Origin: the human T2T-CHM13v2.0 reference genome, Homo sapiens
DNA length: 64,000 nt
NCBI RefSeq assembly: GCF_009914755.1
Contig: NC_060927.1
Strand: one strand, 5' to 3'
A model generated the notes under the pieces. That model made no database searches. It worked only from the letters and a program-made list of their open reading frames with translations, and had not been told where the DNA came from. A program made the translations under genes and the position numbers. Every line of letters starts with the position of its first letter. The stretch's first letter is position 1. This document shows, in pieces, positions 52,804 through 64,000 of this stretch.

Positions 52804-53257
52804 TGTCTTAGTTTGAGTTCCCCAAAGCCAACCCTGAGATGAGGATTCATCTGGAAGCAATTCATTTGAAAAAGATTTATTAGCAATTGTTCCCTGGAAA
52901 AACGGGTAGGCAAGTGGGAAAGTAGGACCAAGAAGCAGGAGTGTGACATCCTGCCTGGAGGGTAACTTTGGCTGTTTCCCCCAGGTGAGCTCTGGAGATA
53001 GGGCAGGTGACACCTCAGAGTGTCTGGGGGTGGGGGAAGCTGGGGATTGATCAGTCATTAGTCACAGGTAGCCCCAGGAAGAGGCACATCCCAGGCATTT
53101 CCAGCTCTCCATGCACACAGGCAAAGTGGGTTTCAGCAGCCTGAGAGCTGTCCTCAGATGCTGGCTGTTAAGGAGAAAGCACAAGAGGTGTCTATGGGCA
53201 CAAAAATGGTGAAGGGGATCCAAGGAGCTTGGGCAGAGCAAAGCAGCAACTGGTACA
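52804..53257 (-). mobile_element. LTR16C-like solo LTR
   Basis: tgtcttagtttgagttccccaaagccaaccctgagatgaggattc...gaagctggggatt..tcagtcatt...actggtaca. Confidence 0.75.
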
Positions 53258-55152
53258 ACACCCAAAGGTGATAGGTGCCGGGACTGACTTGCAGGAAGCA
53301 AACTCCCAAGAGATGGCCACGTTTCCAGGGAGAGACAGAACTAGCCAGCACTTCTGGTTCTCATGTCCAAGGATCCTCAGCCCATGTTCTCCAGGGAAGA
53401 AAACCTCTGTTATAAACGGGGATTACAGGGTAATGAGGCACTCACCACCAGAAGCTTGGTTGGATTTCATAATGGCTGAGTCCTGGAGCTTCAGCAGTGA
53501 TAAGAGAAGGACAGGACTGTTTGTGGGTCAGGACTCCATGTTGCCCTGCCAGAGCTGGAGGCAACAGCATCACGGGCAGCCTTGTGGTGCAATAAGAGAC
53601 ATGCTGCCCTTGGAAGTCAGGTGGAGCCACGTTCCAACCCCGTCTCTTTCATGTTTGAGCTGCGTAACCTTGGGCCTCTCTAAGCCTCATCATCTAAGAT
53701 CTGCCTGGAATGCCTGCCACCCCAGCCCTTGTAGGGTCGATTCAGAATCAGTGTCTTATACCTCCTCCTTAAAGAGCCACGGGATTCCTGCTCTATGTGA
53801 GGGAGCTGTTGCTCAGAAAAGAGTACATGACAATTATCATTGCCTGTGTCTTCCCCTTGGCTAGCCTCCCTGTATTTCGTTGCTCCTCTTTCCCTTTCTT
53901 TTTGAGAAAAGGGAGTTTGTCTCAAACTCCCTGAAGCCTGCCCCCTGTTTCTCCCCACCTGGGCTGCTGCCCCCTCTTTTTGTCCTTCCCTCTCATGTAG
54001 TCACCACCCTCTGTCTTCATTCCCCCAAGCACTGCTAACAGGATGCTGTTGTGTGTCATGGAATCTGATTGAGGCTGGGGAGTAATGAAGGGGGGTATGA
54101 CAGAGCCCAGAACAGGAAGCAGCTTTCTCTGCAGTCCTGGAGATGACTGTACTGGAAGGCTGCCGGGCTCTCCCCACCCCTGGGGAGCATCTACTCATCC
54201 TTCTTATCCCCAGGCCTCCCCTCCCTCAATGCTGATGGACCCCTCTTGCATGACGGCCCTCTCTCAAGCACACGCTCCCCAAACCTCTCCCAATGCTGGC
54301 TGACCAAGGACAGGTCTCAGTGCCTGTGGCCCCATCAGGTGGCCAGCATGGCTCTTCATGGTCTTTACCCCCTTTCCCTCTGGTCTAGACACAGGAACCT
54401 CATTTTTCTCTACCATAAACAAACAAGAGGAAAGAAAAACAGAAGGCTTCCCCATTTTTTTTTTTTTTTTTTTTTTTTTACAAAAATGCAGCCAAGCCTA
54501 AGAGGCTAACAGGGACTTTGTATTTTTCCAAGACGTCTGGATCAAACGGCAGCTTGGTTTTCACAAGACCATCCCTTCCAGACGCTTATTGTTGCTCCCA
54601 ACCCCACAAGCCTCTCGTTCCCTCTTCTCTTGTTCCCCCTGTGTTCCCCGCCCCCAACACACACTGCCTCTAGCTCTTGAATTCCTCCAATCACAGCAAG
54701 TCTGGGCTGCAGCCCTCCTGCCTCTTTAAGGTGACTTGGCATTTCTCTGTGTGGATCCATTTTTGCATGCTTTATGGTTTAACTGGCAGAGGGATGTCTT
54801 ATTTCCTGATCTCCGAGCTGTCTCAGGCAGTCTCTGCCAACACCCCATGGCACACCATGGGTGCCCTCAGACCTTGTCCACAGCAATCAGCACCTACGCC
54901 CTCTCCCACTGCCTGGCTGCTTTCAGATGTCACCCTTAGGTTTTACCCCATCCCATCACCTGCAAGGCTCTGGAATTCTTTGAAATATTTTAAAACATTT
55001 TTATTACAATGAGAATGCATGTTTATTACAGAAGAAAAATTGAAAATGTGGGTAAGCAAATACAAATGTCAGTCTTAATCTACCGTGTAGAAATAGTATC
55101 TTTTAAGATTTTGATAAACATTCTCCCAGATTTTATTTTCTATGAGTATGCA

Positions 55153-55935
55153 TGCATATCAGTCAAGACTCTCTTGGTTACAGGTGACAGAAAAAACTCA
55201 GATGCCTCAGTACAGGCTGAATTGCACCTTCCCACCTCCCCTCTAATTCATATGTTGAAGTCCTAACTCCCAGTGCCTCAGAATGTGACTATATCTGGAG
55301 ATGGGGGTCAGTAAAGAGGTAACTAAACTCAAATGAGGTCATCAGGGCGGGCCCTAATCCAGTGTGACTGGTGTCCTTATAAGAAGAGACTAGGACATAG
55401 ATTTAGACAGAGCGAAGATTATGCGAAGAAAGAAGGAAAAGGCGGCTGTCTCCAAGACAAAGAGAGAGGCCTCACGGGACGCCAACCCTGCTGACACCTT
55501 GAGCTTGGACTTCCAGCCTCCAGAACTGTGAGACAGTAAATTTCTGTTGTTTAAGCCCCCTAGTCTGTGGTACTTTGTCATGGCAGACCTAGCATGCTAA
55601 TATACCCCTCAAACTAGCCACAGCCCAAAGGGGAATTTGTTTGATGGATCATACACTGCAGGAACAACTGAGGTGCAGCTGGGCCACGTGAAACAACTGG
55701 AATCAGGGATTTGAAAGCCACTAGGAGCTCACCTCTATCTTCCATCTCTGCTTCTCTGACTTTGTCCTCCCAGAACCAGCTTCCTGTACATGGCAGGGAA
55801 TGGCTCCCCCATTTGCAACTTAAAGCTTCATCACCTAGGAGGGACTGGCCTTTTGTCCCACTGCTAGTTTACAAAATCCTAAAGAAGGATTTTGATTGGC
55901 TGGCCTACGTCATTGCCCAGCCCAAGACCAATAAT
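55153..55935 (-). mobile_element. Old MLT1K/L-like LTR hosting an MLT1B
   Basis: tcagtcaagactctcttggttacaggtgacagaaaa before the insertion; ctcaaactagc...aaggggaatttg...ttgattggc after it. Confidence 0.55.
55209..55604 (+). mobile_element. MLT1B-like solo LTR
   Basis: ttcatatgttgaagtcctaactccc...ggccctaatccagtgtgactggtgtccttataagaagag...ttccagcctccagaactgtgagac. Confidence 0.88.
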
Positions 55936-55949
55936 AGACACAGCAGCTA

Positions 55950-56130
55950 ATTTGTTCAGCAACTACTCTGTGCAAAGCACTCCATTCATTCTACTAAATA
56001 ATTTGCTAAACATGTGGGGTTATTATCATTATGATTACACCTTTACAGATGAGGAAGCTGAGTCATGAAGTAGTCAGGGAACTTGTCCCAGGGCACACAG
56101 GGTGTGAGCAATGTCCCTGAGTCCAATGTG
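55950..56130 (-). mobile_element. MIR
   Basis: tttacagatgaggaagctgagtca...aacttgtcccagggcacacag. Confidence 0.7.
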
Positions 56131-56161
56131 GGGTGGCCAATGAGTGCAGCTAGCAGGTCCT

Positions 56162-56463
56162 GTTTTTTGTTTTTTGTTTTGTTTGTTTGTTGTTGTTTTT
56201 TGTTTATTTATTTATTTATTTATTTTGAGACAGGGTCTCCTTCTGTCTCATCCAGGCTGGAGAGCAGTGGTGCAATCATGGTTCAACCTCCCAGGCTCAA
56301 GTGATCCTCCCACCTCAGTGTCCTGAGTAGCTGGGACTATAGGCGCATGCCACCACACCTGTTAATTTTTTGTATTTTTAGTAGAGATGGAGTTCACCAC
56401 ATTGCCCAGACTGGTCTTGAACTTCTGGGCTCAAGGGATCCTCCCACCTTGGCCTGCCCAGCC
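56162..56463 (-). mobile_element. AluJ with two internal deletions
   Basis: Reverse dimer. TSD tagcaggtcct (56151-56161) / tagcaagtcct (56464-56474). Lacks ~35 bp near its 5' end (ttggcct|gcccagcc). Confidence 0.9.
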
Positions 56464-57464
56464 TAGCAAGTCCTTTCTAAACCAATGAGTCAGTGCCAGT
56501 CTCCCATAGTCCCTGTAAATCTTGCCACACCCTTCAAGTATCATCCACTATGCAGCCACCTTGCTGGACAAAGGGTGCCCTCTGAGATCCTGAGAAAAGG
56601 CCACAATGACTTCTGGCTGGCAACTCCATCATGCCTTTTATTCAAAGGCTGCAGTGGCTAATACAAAGAGAGGCCAGCAGGGTAGTAAACAATCCCTAAA
56701 TTGAGAGCCTGGGAACTCAGAGAGCCTGACCAGCATCTTGCCCTAAGCAGTCCTGCCCTGTGCTCCAACCTAATGGGATCTCTGAATTCTCCTTGGGCTT
56801 TCCAGGCAGCAGAGGAACTTGGCAGGCAGTCTGTAGGGTGAGTGATTCTTTTGTTTTCTACCTCTGCTTTCTCCTCTCCTTCTTTCTCCTATAACTTGTG
56901 GACTGAGACACATGCTTGAAGGCAGGTGTCCACTTTCATCCAGCCCAAGAGGCAGGCACTCCCAGGGCCCCTCAGCCCACCCTACCAGGGATGGCACTTC
57001 CTCTTAGGCCACCCAGGCTTTCTCCTTGGGCTGGCTGGAGCAGGGATCATGGCCAGAACCTTGGGAAACTGCGCAGCGACCCAGCATCTCAGGGATTCAC
57101 TGGGCCTTTTCATGGAGATCACTCCACCCAGGATGCTACCTGTGTGAAGACTTGCTATATTCATATTTTTTTTTTACAACACTTAGTTTTAGAAGAAGAA
57201 ACAAGGCCCAATGAAGTTTAAGAGCTATTCAAGGTTGTACAGAATGGTAGGGCCATCTTTCCAGCATGTCCATGCTGCTTTCTGGTCCTGCTAGTTGAAC
57301 TCTATCCCCATGGACACCATTCAGATCACGTTGCTTGAGGAGCCAGGTGGGGACTGTGTTGGGGCAAGAGAGGCATCATCTGGAGTGAAAAATGGAAGGG
57401 GACACCAAGAAACTCAGTAGTCAAGATAAATAACATTTTTGTGCAATAGTTTTAAAAAAACATA

Positions 57465-57585
57465 TTGGCCAACTGTGGCCCACGGGCGGGCTGTCTGTTT
57501 CTATAAATGCAGTTTTATCAGGGCACCGTGGGCTCATCCAACCTGTAGCACTTTGCTGCTATAACAATAGAGCCTGCCAAAGACA
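57465..57585 (+). mobile_element. MER58-like hAT-Charlie fragment
   Basis: ttggccaactgtggcccacgggc...ctgtttctataaatgcagttttat. Confidence 0.55.
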
Positions 57586-57621
57586 GAGTGAGCTTCCCTG
57601 AGGCATCTCTTACTTTGGTGC

Positions 57622-58031
57622 TGAATTAGTCAGGGTTCTCCAGAGAAACAGAACCAACAGGATGTGTGTATATATATATAGAGAGAGAGATTTATTTTAA
57701 GGAATTGGCTCGTGTGATAGTGGAGGATTGGCAAGTCCAAAATCTGCAGGGTAGGCCAGCAGGCTGGAGACCCAGGGAAGAGTTGCAGTTCAAGTCCAAA
57801 GGTGGTCTGCTGGCAGAATTCCCCTTCTGATGGGAGGCTAGTCTTTTTCTATTAAGGTCTTCAACTGATTGGATGAGGCCCACTCACATTATGGAGGGTA
57901 ACCTGCTTCATTCAAAGTCTACTGATTTAAATGTTAATCTCTTCTAAAAAAAATACCTTCACAGAACATATCGAATAACAAATACAGTTTAACAAAATAT
58001 CTGGGTACTGTGGTCTTACCAAATAGGCACC
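57622..58031 (-). mobile_element. MLT2 (C/D-like) ERVL LTR
   Basis: ttagtcagggttctccagagaaacagaaccaacagga(tg/ta/ga)n...ttcaactgattggatgaggcccac...aagtctactgatttaaatgttaatc. Confidence 0.9.
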
Positions 58032-58409
58032 TTCTATTATTATTGAATTTCGGATTGCCATCTTATTTTCTATATGCATACATTATTTTTCTTTACAGCA
58101 AGAGAAGAAAGCCTTGCATTTGGAAAGAAGAGACTGTATTTTACATGTCTTCCCATGCGCTTGCATTTTCTAGCGTATTACTTAGCACAAAACAGACACT
58201 AAATGTTTGTTGTTTGATGGGAAACTATTAATTTGGCTACTTTTTTTGGCTTCTGATTAATTTATTTATTCGATCAGAAACTTGTGAGGAAACTTTGGTT
58301 ACTTTTCAAAATCCAAGCACAAAATAGTTGAGGTATGAATATCAGAAAAACAGTCCTTTCAAGAATATCTTCTCTTGTTCTTCCAATTGTGCCTTAAAAA
58401 TCAGCCTCC

Positions 58410-58670
58410 AGCACTTGACCTTTGAGAGAGCTCTGTGTGAGAGGAATCAAAGCCCTGTCAGTCTTTCTCTGTGGAATGCGGGAACTATTCCTTTTGCAAT
58501 TTCTTCCCTCTAAAACTTAATCCTAATAATAATGAAAGTGATTTATCAGATTAAGACACAAATTAATCCTGTCAGAACAACTTGATGTTATCATGTTTAA
58601 TTTCAAATTTAATTATTTTGGTATTTAATTACAAAACAGTTACTTTATTGTAATTATGTATCATTTTAAA
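58410..58670. promoter_or_regulatory. Candidate developmental enhancer (PBX-HOX/MEIS/K50 homeodomain/TCF cluster)
   Basis: TGACCTTTG, ATCAAAG, CTGTCA x2, TAATCC x2, TGATTTAT and several TAATTA in non-repeat DNA. Confidence 0.4.
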
Positions 58671-59967
58671 GTAGAAAGAGGCCAAAAAATCCCTGATAAT
58701 GGGCTACCCTTGGGTATAGCCATTTTTCGTTTATCTCCGACATGTATCAGCCCTGTTTCTTGATTTTCCTGTAGCTTAAGCTTCTCTTCGATGTATTCTT
58801 TAATTTCTCACTTCCTATTTGTTTTTGGTCTCTTCTTTACTCTCCTAGAACCAATATCCAAAGCACATTTTCACCGCTTACACTGATTTCTACTACTAGG
58901 CTTGAAAGGTTTGAAAATATCACCTTAAACAGCATCACTCTACCTGCTTCCACCTTCTGAGAGCAAGGAGCTTGTGTGTGGTACTTTAAGTCGGGAGTTG
59001 CAAACTTCAGTGTTTTGAGTGTCATCCTGTCAGTAGGCATCCTATGCTAGCATGGGCCAGGACAGCAGTCAGCACAGGTGCCGGCCACAGCTTTGCACCA
59101 CAGCCACTGGGTTTGCTAACTTTACCCCTTTGGGAATGAAGGTCCTAGGGAAGGTGCCAGTCTAGCTGATGGATGGGTTCTCCCAGGGCTCAGGGAGCTG
59201 GCTGTTTACTCACAGGCATGGGACTATTTTGACATCTCCACCACTGGTAGAACTTTACCAGAGCACACTGGTTCAGCCCCATCCCTGCCCACAGGGACCA
59301 GGCAGGTTAGGAAAATGGGTGAAGCAGGTGAGTGTTCCGTGGGGGGGTGGGGATGACAGGGAAAGGAGAATGTGCCCCACACCAAAAAAGTATCCTGGTG
59401 ATGATCACAGCAGGAAGTTTTTCCAAGAGAAAGCAAAAATCCAGATTTTTTAAATGAGAAAATTTCAGATTTTAAAATGTTTGAAGCCAACTCAAGTTTT
59501 TGTTCAAACACCTGTGGCTCAACTGGAATATAGCCAGGGCTGGAGCTGGCCCTTGGGAGTCCCCTCCCCCAGCTTTAAGCCAATGACTCTCCCTTCACCA
59601 CTGGGGCTCTGTCCTCCCACCTTCTGTTTAAAAGTGAGGATGGGCTCTGGTTTCTGCTTAAGATGTAGAAAGCTGGGGAAACATCATTTCCACCCTTACG
59701 ATGAGAAAAAACTGACCATTGTGCAAATTCACAACTTTTCTTGAACCTATAGGAGAGCTGAAGCCACAGGGTAAACAACTCAAAATCTAAAGAAAGACAA
59801 GTACCTGTAAGGAAAGAGGGGACATCAGCACTTGCTTACCTAGAACAGATGTCACCAGATGCCATACTAGTCAGTGAGAAGAGTTCACCTAAAATTTTTA
59901 ATGACTTGCTAAAGCCTAAGTGAGGTTAGTGTGAAAATATGGAGCCCCTGGGTGCCACAGACGCAGG

Positions 59968-60624
59968 TGCTGTGTTGAAACTCTAACCCCAGCCGGGCAC
60001 GGTGGCTCACGCCTGTAATCCCAGCACTTTGGGAGTGTGAGGCGGGTGGATCACGAGGTCATGAGATCGAGACCATCCTGGCTAACACGGTGAAACCCCA
60101 TCTCTACTAAAAACACACACACACAAAAATTAGCCGGGCATGGTGTGGGCACCTGTAGTCCCAGCTACTGAGGAGGCTGAGGCAGGAGAATGGCGTGACC
60201 TGGGAGGCGGAGCTTGCAGAGAGCAGAGATTGTGCCACTGCACTCCAGCCTGGGTGACAGAGCGAGACTCCATCTCAAAAAAAAAAAAAAAAAAAAAAAG
60301 AAACTCTAACCCCTAAGGTGATGGTATTTGGAGGTGGGGCTTTGGGGAGGTGCTTAGGTCATGATGAGGGCAGAGCCTCCATAAATGTGACTAGTGCCCT
60401 TATTAAAGGAACCCCAGAGAGAGCTGGCTTCCCCTTCTGCCACATAAGAACCCAGTGAGAAGGCAGCCATCTCTGAGGAAAGCCAGCCTTCACCAGACAA
60501 TGAATCTGCCAGCACCTTGATCTTGGACTTACCAGCCTTCAGAACTGTGAGAAATAAATTTCTGTTGTTTATAAGTCACGCAGTTTATGGTATTTTGTTA
60601 TAGCAACCCAAAGAGACTGAGACA
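59968..60624 (+). mobile_element. MLT1A0-like solo LTR (contains AluY)
   Basis: gtgatggtatttggaggtggggctttgggg...gcaccttgatcttggactt...ttatggtattttgttatagcaacc..gactgagaca. Confidence 0.88.
59991..60299 (+). mobile_element. AluY
   Basis: Y diagnostics gatcgagaccatcctggctaacacgg, aatggcgtga, gagcttgcag; A23 tail. Perfect 14-bp TSD gaaactctaacccc (59977-59990 / 60300-60313). Confidence 0.96.
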
Positions 60625-61204
60625 CGAGGGAATTTGTACATACTAGCAGGCTTTTCTTCCCTGATCTCACCAAGCACTCATAAGAAAGATTTGGAGCAGA
60701 GCAAGAGTCCTGAGAAAGCGTCTTTCGTGGTGCAGCCCTTGGGCAAGGGAACAGCAGCAGCTGCTGCAGGAACAGTAAGAGGTCCTTCCTCCCTGTGGAA
60801 TGATGATAAGTTGCTAAGAGAAGGGCAGCGGACTCCGCTGCCTTTAGAGCACCCACTGCAGCTGGAGGAAAAGAACAGAAAAAAATCTCCACCCCTGAGA
60901 AAGAGGCTCAAACTAGTAAAAGTCTCCTACAGCTGGGGGCAGTGCAGAGTCATTTAGAAGGCCTCATTCTTGAGACACCGGCATGGTGCCTGCCTGACAG
61001 GTTGAATCAGAACAAAGAACGCTCCTTCTCCCACCCACACACTGTGACTGGGTCAACAAGTGTCAGGTAACAAGGGACACCATCTATTGCTAGGACAGGG
61101 GCAGGAGCATTGCTAGGAGAGACAGCCTCTCAGAGGTGCAGGTGCAATAATACCTGAAGCTAAGATTGAAGCAGACACTGAGAAAAACCCTCTGGAAACA
61201 ATTC

Positions 61205-61615
61205 GCATGTCCTACAACTGGGGAATAGATTAAGAAACTGTGGTGCATTGTACAACGGAATACAAAACCGCAAGATAACGGACTGAACTACTGATACACT
61301 CAATGACACAGATGAATCGTACATGTGTTGTGTTAATTCCTACATACTGTAGGATTCCACATACATGACATTTGTGCAAAGGCAGAACTATAAGGACAGA
61401 AAACAGATCACTGGTTGCCAGAAGCTGGGATTGGGGCAAAGATTAAACACCAAAGGAGAACAGAGAAATTCTGGGGTGAAAGAATTGTTCTTTATCTTGA
61501 CTGTGATAATGGTTCCAAGACTATGCTTTTCTCAAGACTTGCAGAACCATACACTAAAAAGGGAGAATTTTACTCTGGGTAAATTATACCCTAACAAAAT
61601 AATCAGAAAAAAATA
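61205..61615 (+). mobile_element. L1M (MC/MD/ME) 3' UTR fragment
   Basis: aactgtggtgcatt...aaaacagatcactggttgccag...tacactaaaaagggagaattttactctgggtaaattataccctaa. Confidence 0.75.
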
Positions 61616-61729
61616 AGGGTCATTAAATTATCAGGTCAACCATCAGTCCATATCTCTTGACCATTTTTTATTTTAAGTTGGTTTAGTTGTCCTAAGAGAA
61701 GTAAAAATCAATAGCAAAGGATGAGCACA

Positions 61730-62150
61730 TGAATAGGTCAGGCTCCTTTTAACTGTAAACGACAGTAACTCAGCTCTATCTACCTTAGGACCAAGAGTAA
61801 TTTGATGAGAGGACTGTCTGTATCTCTCACAGACTGGCAGCCTAGGCACCTGGAACAGCGGGAAGCAGGAATCCACTTCTGGTCCTGTGTACATCACTCT
61901 CATTGCACACTGGCTTCTTCTAAATGGAGGTGAACATGGCTCTCAGCAGCCCCCCTGCCTCACATTTCACAGCTTCACCAACAAGGAGGAACTATGTCTT
62001 GTACTCTAATTCCAGTTCAAAAGATCCCAGGGAACACTCTGATTGGCCCAACTGAAGCCAATCAACAGTGGCCAAGAGGAAGTGATCCTGTGATTAACTT
62101 CCATAACACATAGTTGGAGATCTAAATAGACAAAATATTAATTGTCTATT
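61730..62150 (-). mobile_element. Old MLT1K/L-like LTR remnant
   Basis: aacatggctctcagcagcccc...cccagggaacactctgattggccca..gccaatca. Confidence 0.5.
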
Positions 62151-62239
62151 GCAGCTTAGCATAATTTTAATGCAAGAAATTTTTTTTTCTTCTCCAAAAG
62201 ATGCTGAAGTTCTCCTTCTGGCTTTAGGTCATTTTAGTT

Positions 62240-63480
62240 TTGTTTAACAAGCAACTATTGTGAATCTGCTCTGGGGTGAGAGGTGGAGGAACCAAGAAGA
62301 GTAGGACAAAGTCCTTCCTTTCAAAAACCCACATCACAGTCAAATAGGGGAGACAGCTACATAAGTAGCTCATTGCAAAGTCCTGTGATAAGTGCTATGA
62401 AAGCATAGCTGGAGAGGAACCACCTAACCAAGTCTGGGTCACAGACAAGATTTCCTGTAAGAACTGATTTTGGACAGTCTTGAAAGTTGAGTTAGAAGGG
62501 GAAGGGCCTTCCAAACAGAAGTGTAAAATCCAAATGATTACAGGGGCATGGTTCTCACAATTAATCAATTGACTGTAAACCCCTCCATGGGAGAGGTCAG
62601 GTCTTTATGATAAAGATACAAATACTTTACTTTTTTTTTTTTTAGCATTTTATCATTTTCAGAACACTTATCTAACAGAAACAGTACCACAAATAGGGAA
62701 ATAAGAACAAAACAAACTTCTGAGAAAAAGATGAGTAGATTTTCTTCAACAGTGCTCAGCCCACACACGCCCCACTGCAGTCCCAGGAATAGGACTGGCC
62801 TGCAGGTAGGTTAATTGCTCCAAGATTGGGGCTTTGCAGGTGGGTGTGGTGGAATCTGAAAATGGCCAGGAACTTCCAAGTTGCTAAGCAATGCCTCATG
62901 GGGCCTAGACTGGGCAGTGAAGGTCGATGCAGACCTGTGAGAAAAGCGAGCATCAAGGAATTTGAGTTCTAATGAGTTTAAAGAACCAAACATGGGAATA
63001 AGGCCACAAGGAGTTGGAGGGAAAGAGGGTGAAGTCTGAGATGGAAAGATTTCTGAGATTGTGTAGTTCTAGCAGGTGGCATGCTCCATAGGATGTGGCT
63101 GTGCCAGGTTTGCTGAAGAGGTCGTGGGGAAGATAGTTATTGGAGGTGAAGAGGTCAAGGACCTTTGAGACAAGATGTTGGATGTCATTGAAGTCATCAA
63201 GGTTTATGGATAAGCCTAGAGTGGAGAGCAAAGCCAAGAGGCAGGTGCGAAAGCTTTCAGGGAAGAAAGGAAATGACCAGGAGGCTATGAAAGATGGCCA
63301 CTGGGAGGGGAGAAGGAAGTAGAGATGGATGACAAGAGCTTCAAGAAGAAGGCCTTTGCATGGGCATGGAAGAGCCAGGTCCATGAGCAACTGCAGAGTC
63401 GGTGGGAGACGGCCATCGCTCCACTGGCAAGATGCTCCTAAGCAAGACAGAAGAGCTGGAGATAAATGAGCAGCCCACAC
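62240..63480 (-). mobile_element. L2 fragments (3' part ~62240-62520; ORF2 endonuclease part ~62940-63480)
   Basis: tgtgataagtgctatgaaa, ggccttccaaacagaag; minus translation SINLDDFNDIQ...SKVLDLFTS resembles the L2 APE domain. Confidence 0.65.
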
Positions 63481-63699
63481 TCAGGAAGTAAGTGACAAAG
63501 CATCGGCCAGCATCGAAGGTGCCAGCATAGCAAATATTTGCCGAACACCAGATTCTGCCTGAATGTAAAGATCAGCTCAGTGTTCACCAAAGTGTAGCAC
63601 TGCATTACTTTTCATGAGTGAGATGGTCATTTTCTCAGTTTAAGACTAACAATCTAAGACTAACATCTTATTCTACTGTGTATTAGAAAAAATATATGC

Positions 63700-63998
<299 letters not shown>

Positions 63999-64000
63999 GA

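Larger units (their letters stand above)
59645..61200 (+). mobile_element. L1MC-type 5' UTR remnant, interrupted by MLT1A0 and AluY
   Basis: tctggtttctgcttaagatgtagaaagctgg...cccttacgatgagaaaaaactg; resumes after 60624. Confidence 0.55.

Noticed and set aside
53229-53864. 211-aa + strand ORF (and other 100-165 aa ORFs at 43-54 kb)
   Set aside because: Non-ATG start; runs through LTR16, MIR and L2 remnants with no domain or exon structure.

Overview
This is primate (human-like) non-coding genomic DNA, not prokaryotic, as shown by AluJ/AluS/AluY, L1PA and THE1D elements. I found no intact protein-coding gene, tRNA, rRNA or CRISPR array. Much of the window is recognisable interspersed repeat: four L1PA pieces (one a ~4 kb decayed ORF2 at 27300-31250), old L1M/HAL1-like, L2 and MIR remnants, about 10 Alu/FLAM/FRAM copies, about 20 ERVL/MaLR LTR pieces (THE1D, MLT1, MLT2, LTR16, LTR33, LTR50-like) and hAT DNA-transposon fossils. 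Subfamily names come from remembered consensus sequences, and the boundaries of old elements are approximate; confirm both with RepeatMasker/Dfam. The only protein-like ORFs are L1 ORF2 fragments and an L2 endonuclease fossil. The most interesting non-repeat signals are (1) a CpG-retaining ~300 bp element at ~40.0-40.3 kb with four inverted repeats and a strong downstream splice donor, (2) motif-dense enhancer-like blocks at ~36.7, 47.5 and 58.5 kb, (3) a 53-bp orphan retroposed fragment with a 14-bp TSD inside an L1, and (4) several locally templated duplications or repair scars. I cannot support a claim of a new biological system from sequence alone, and I could not identify the locus.
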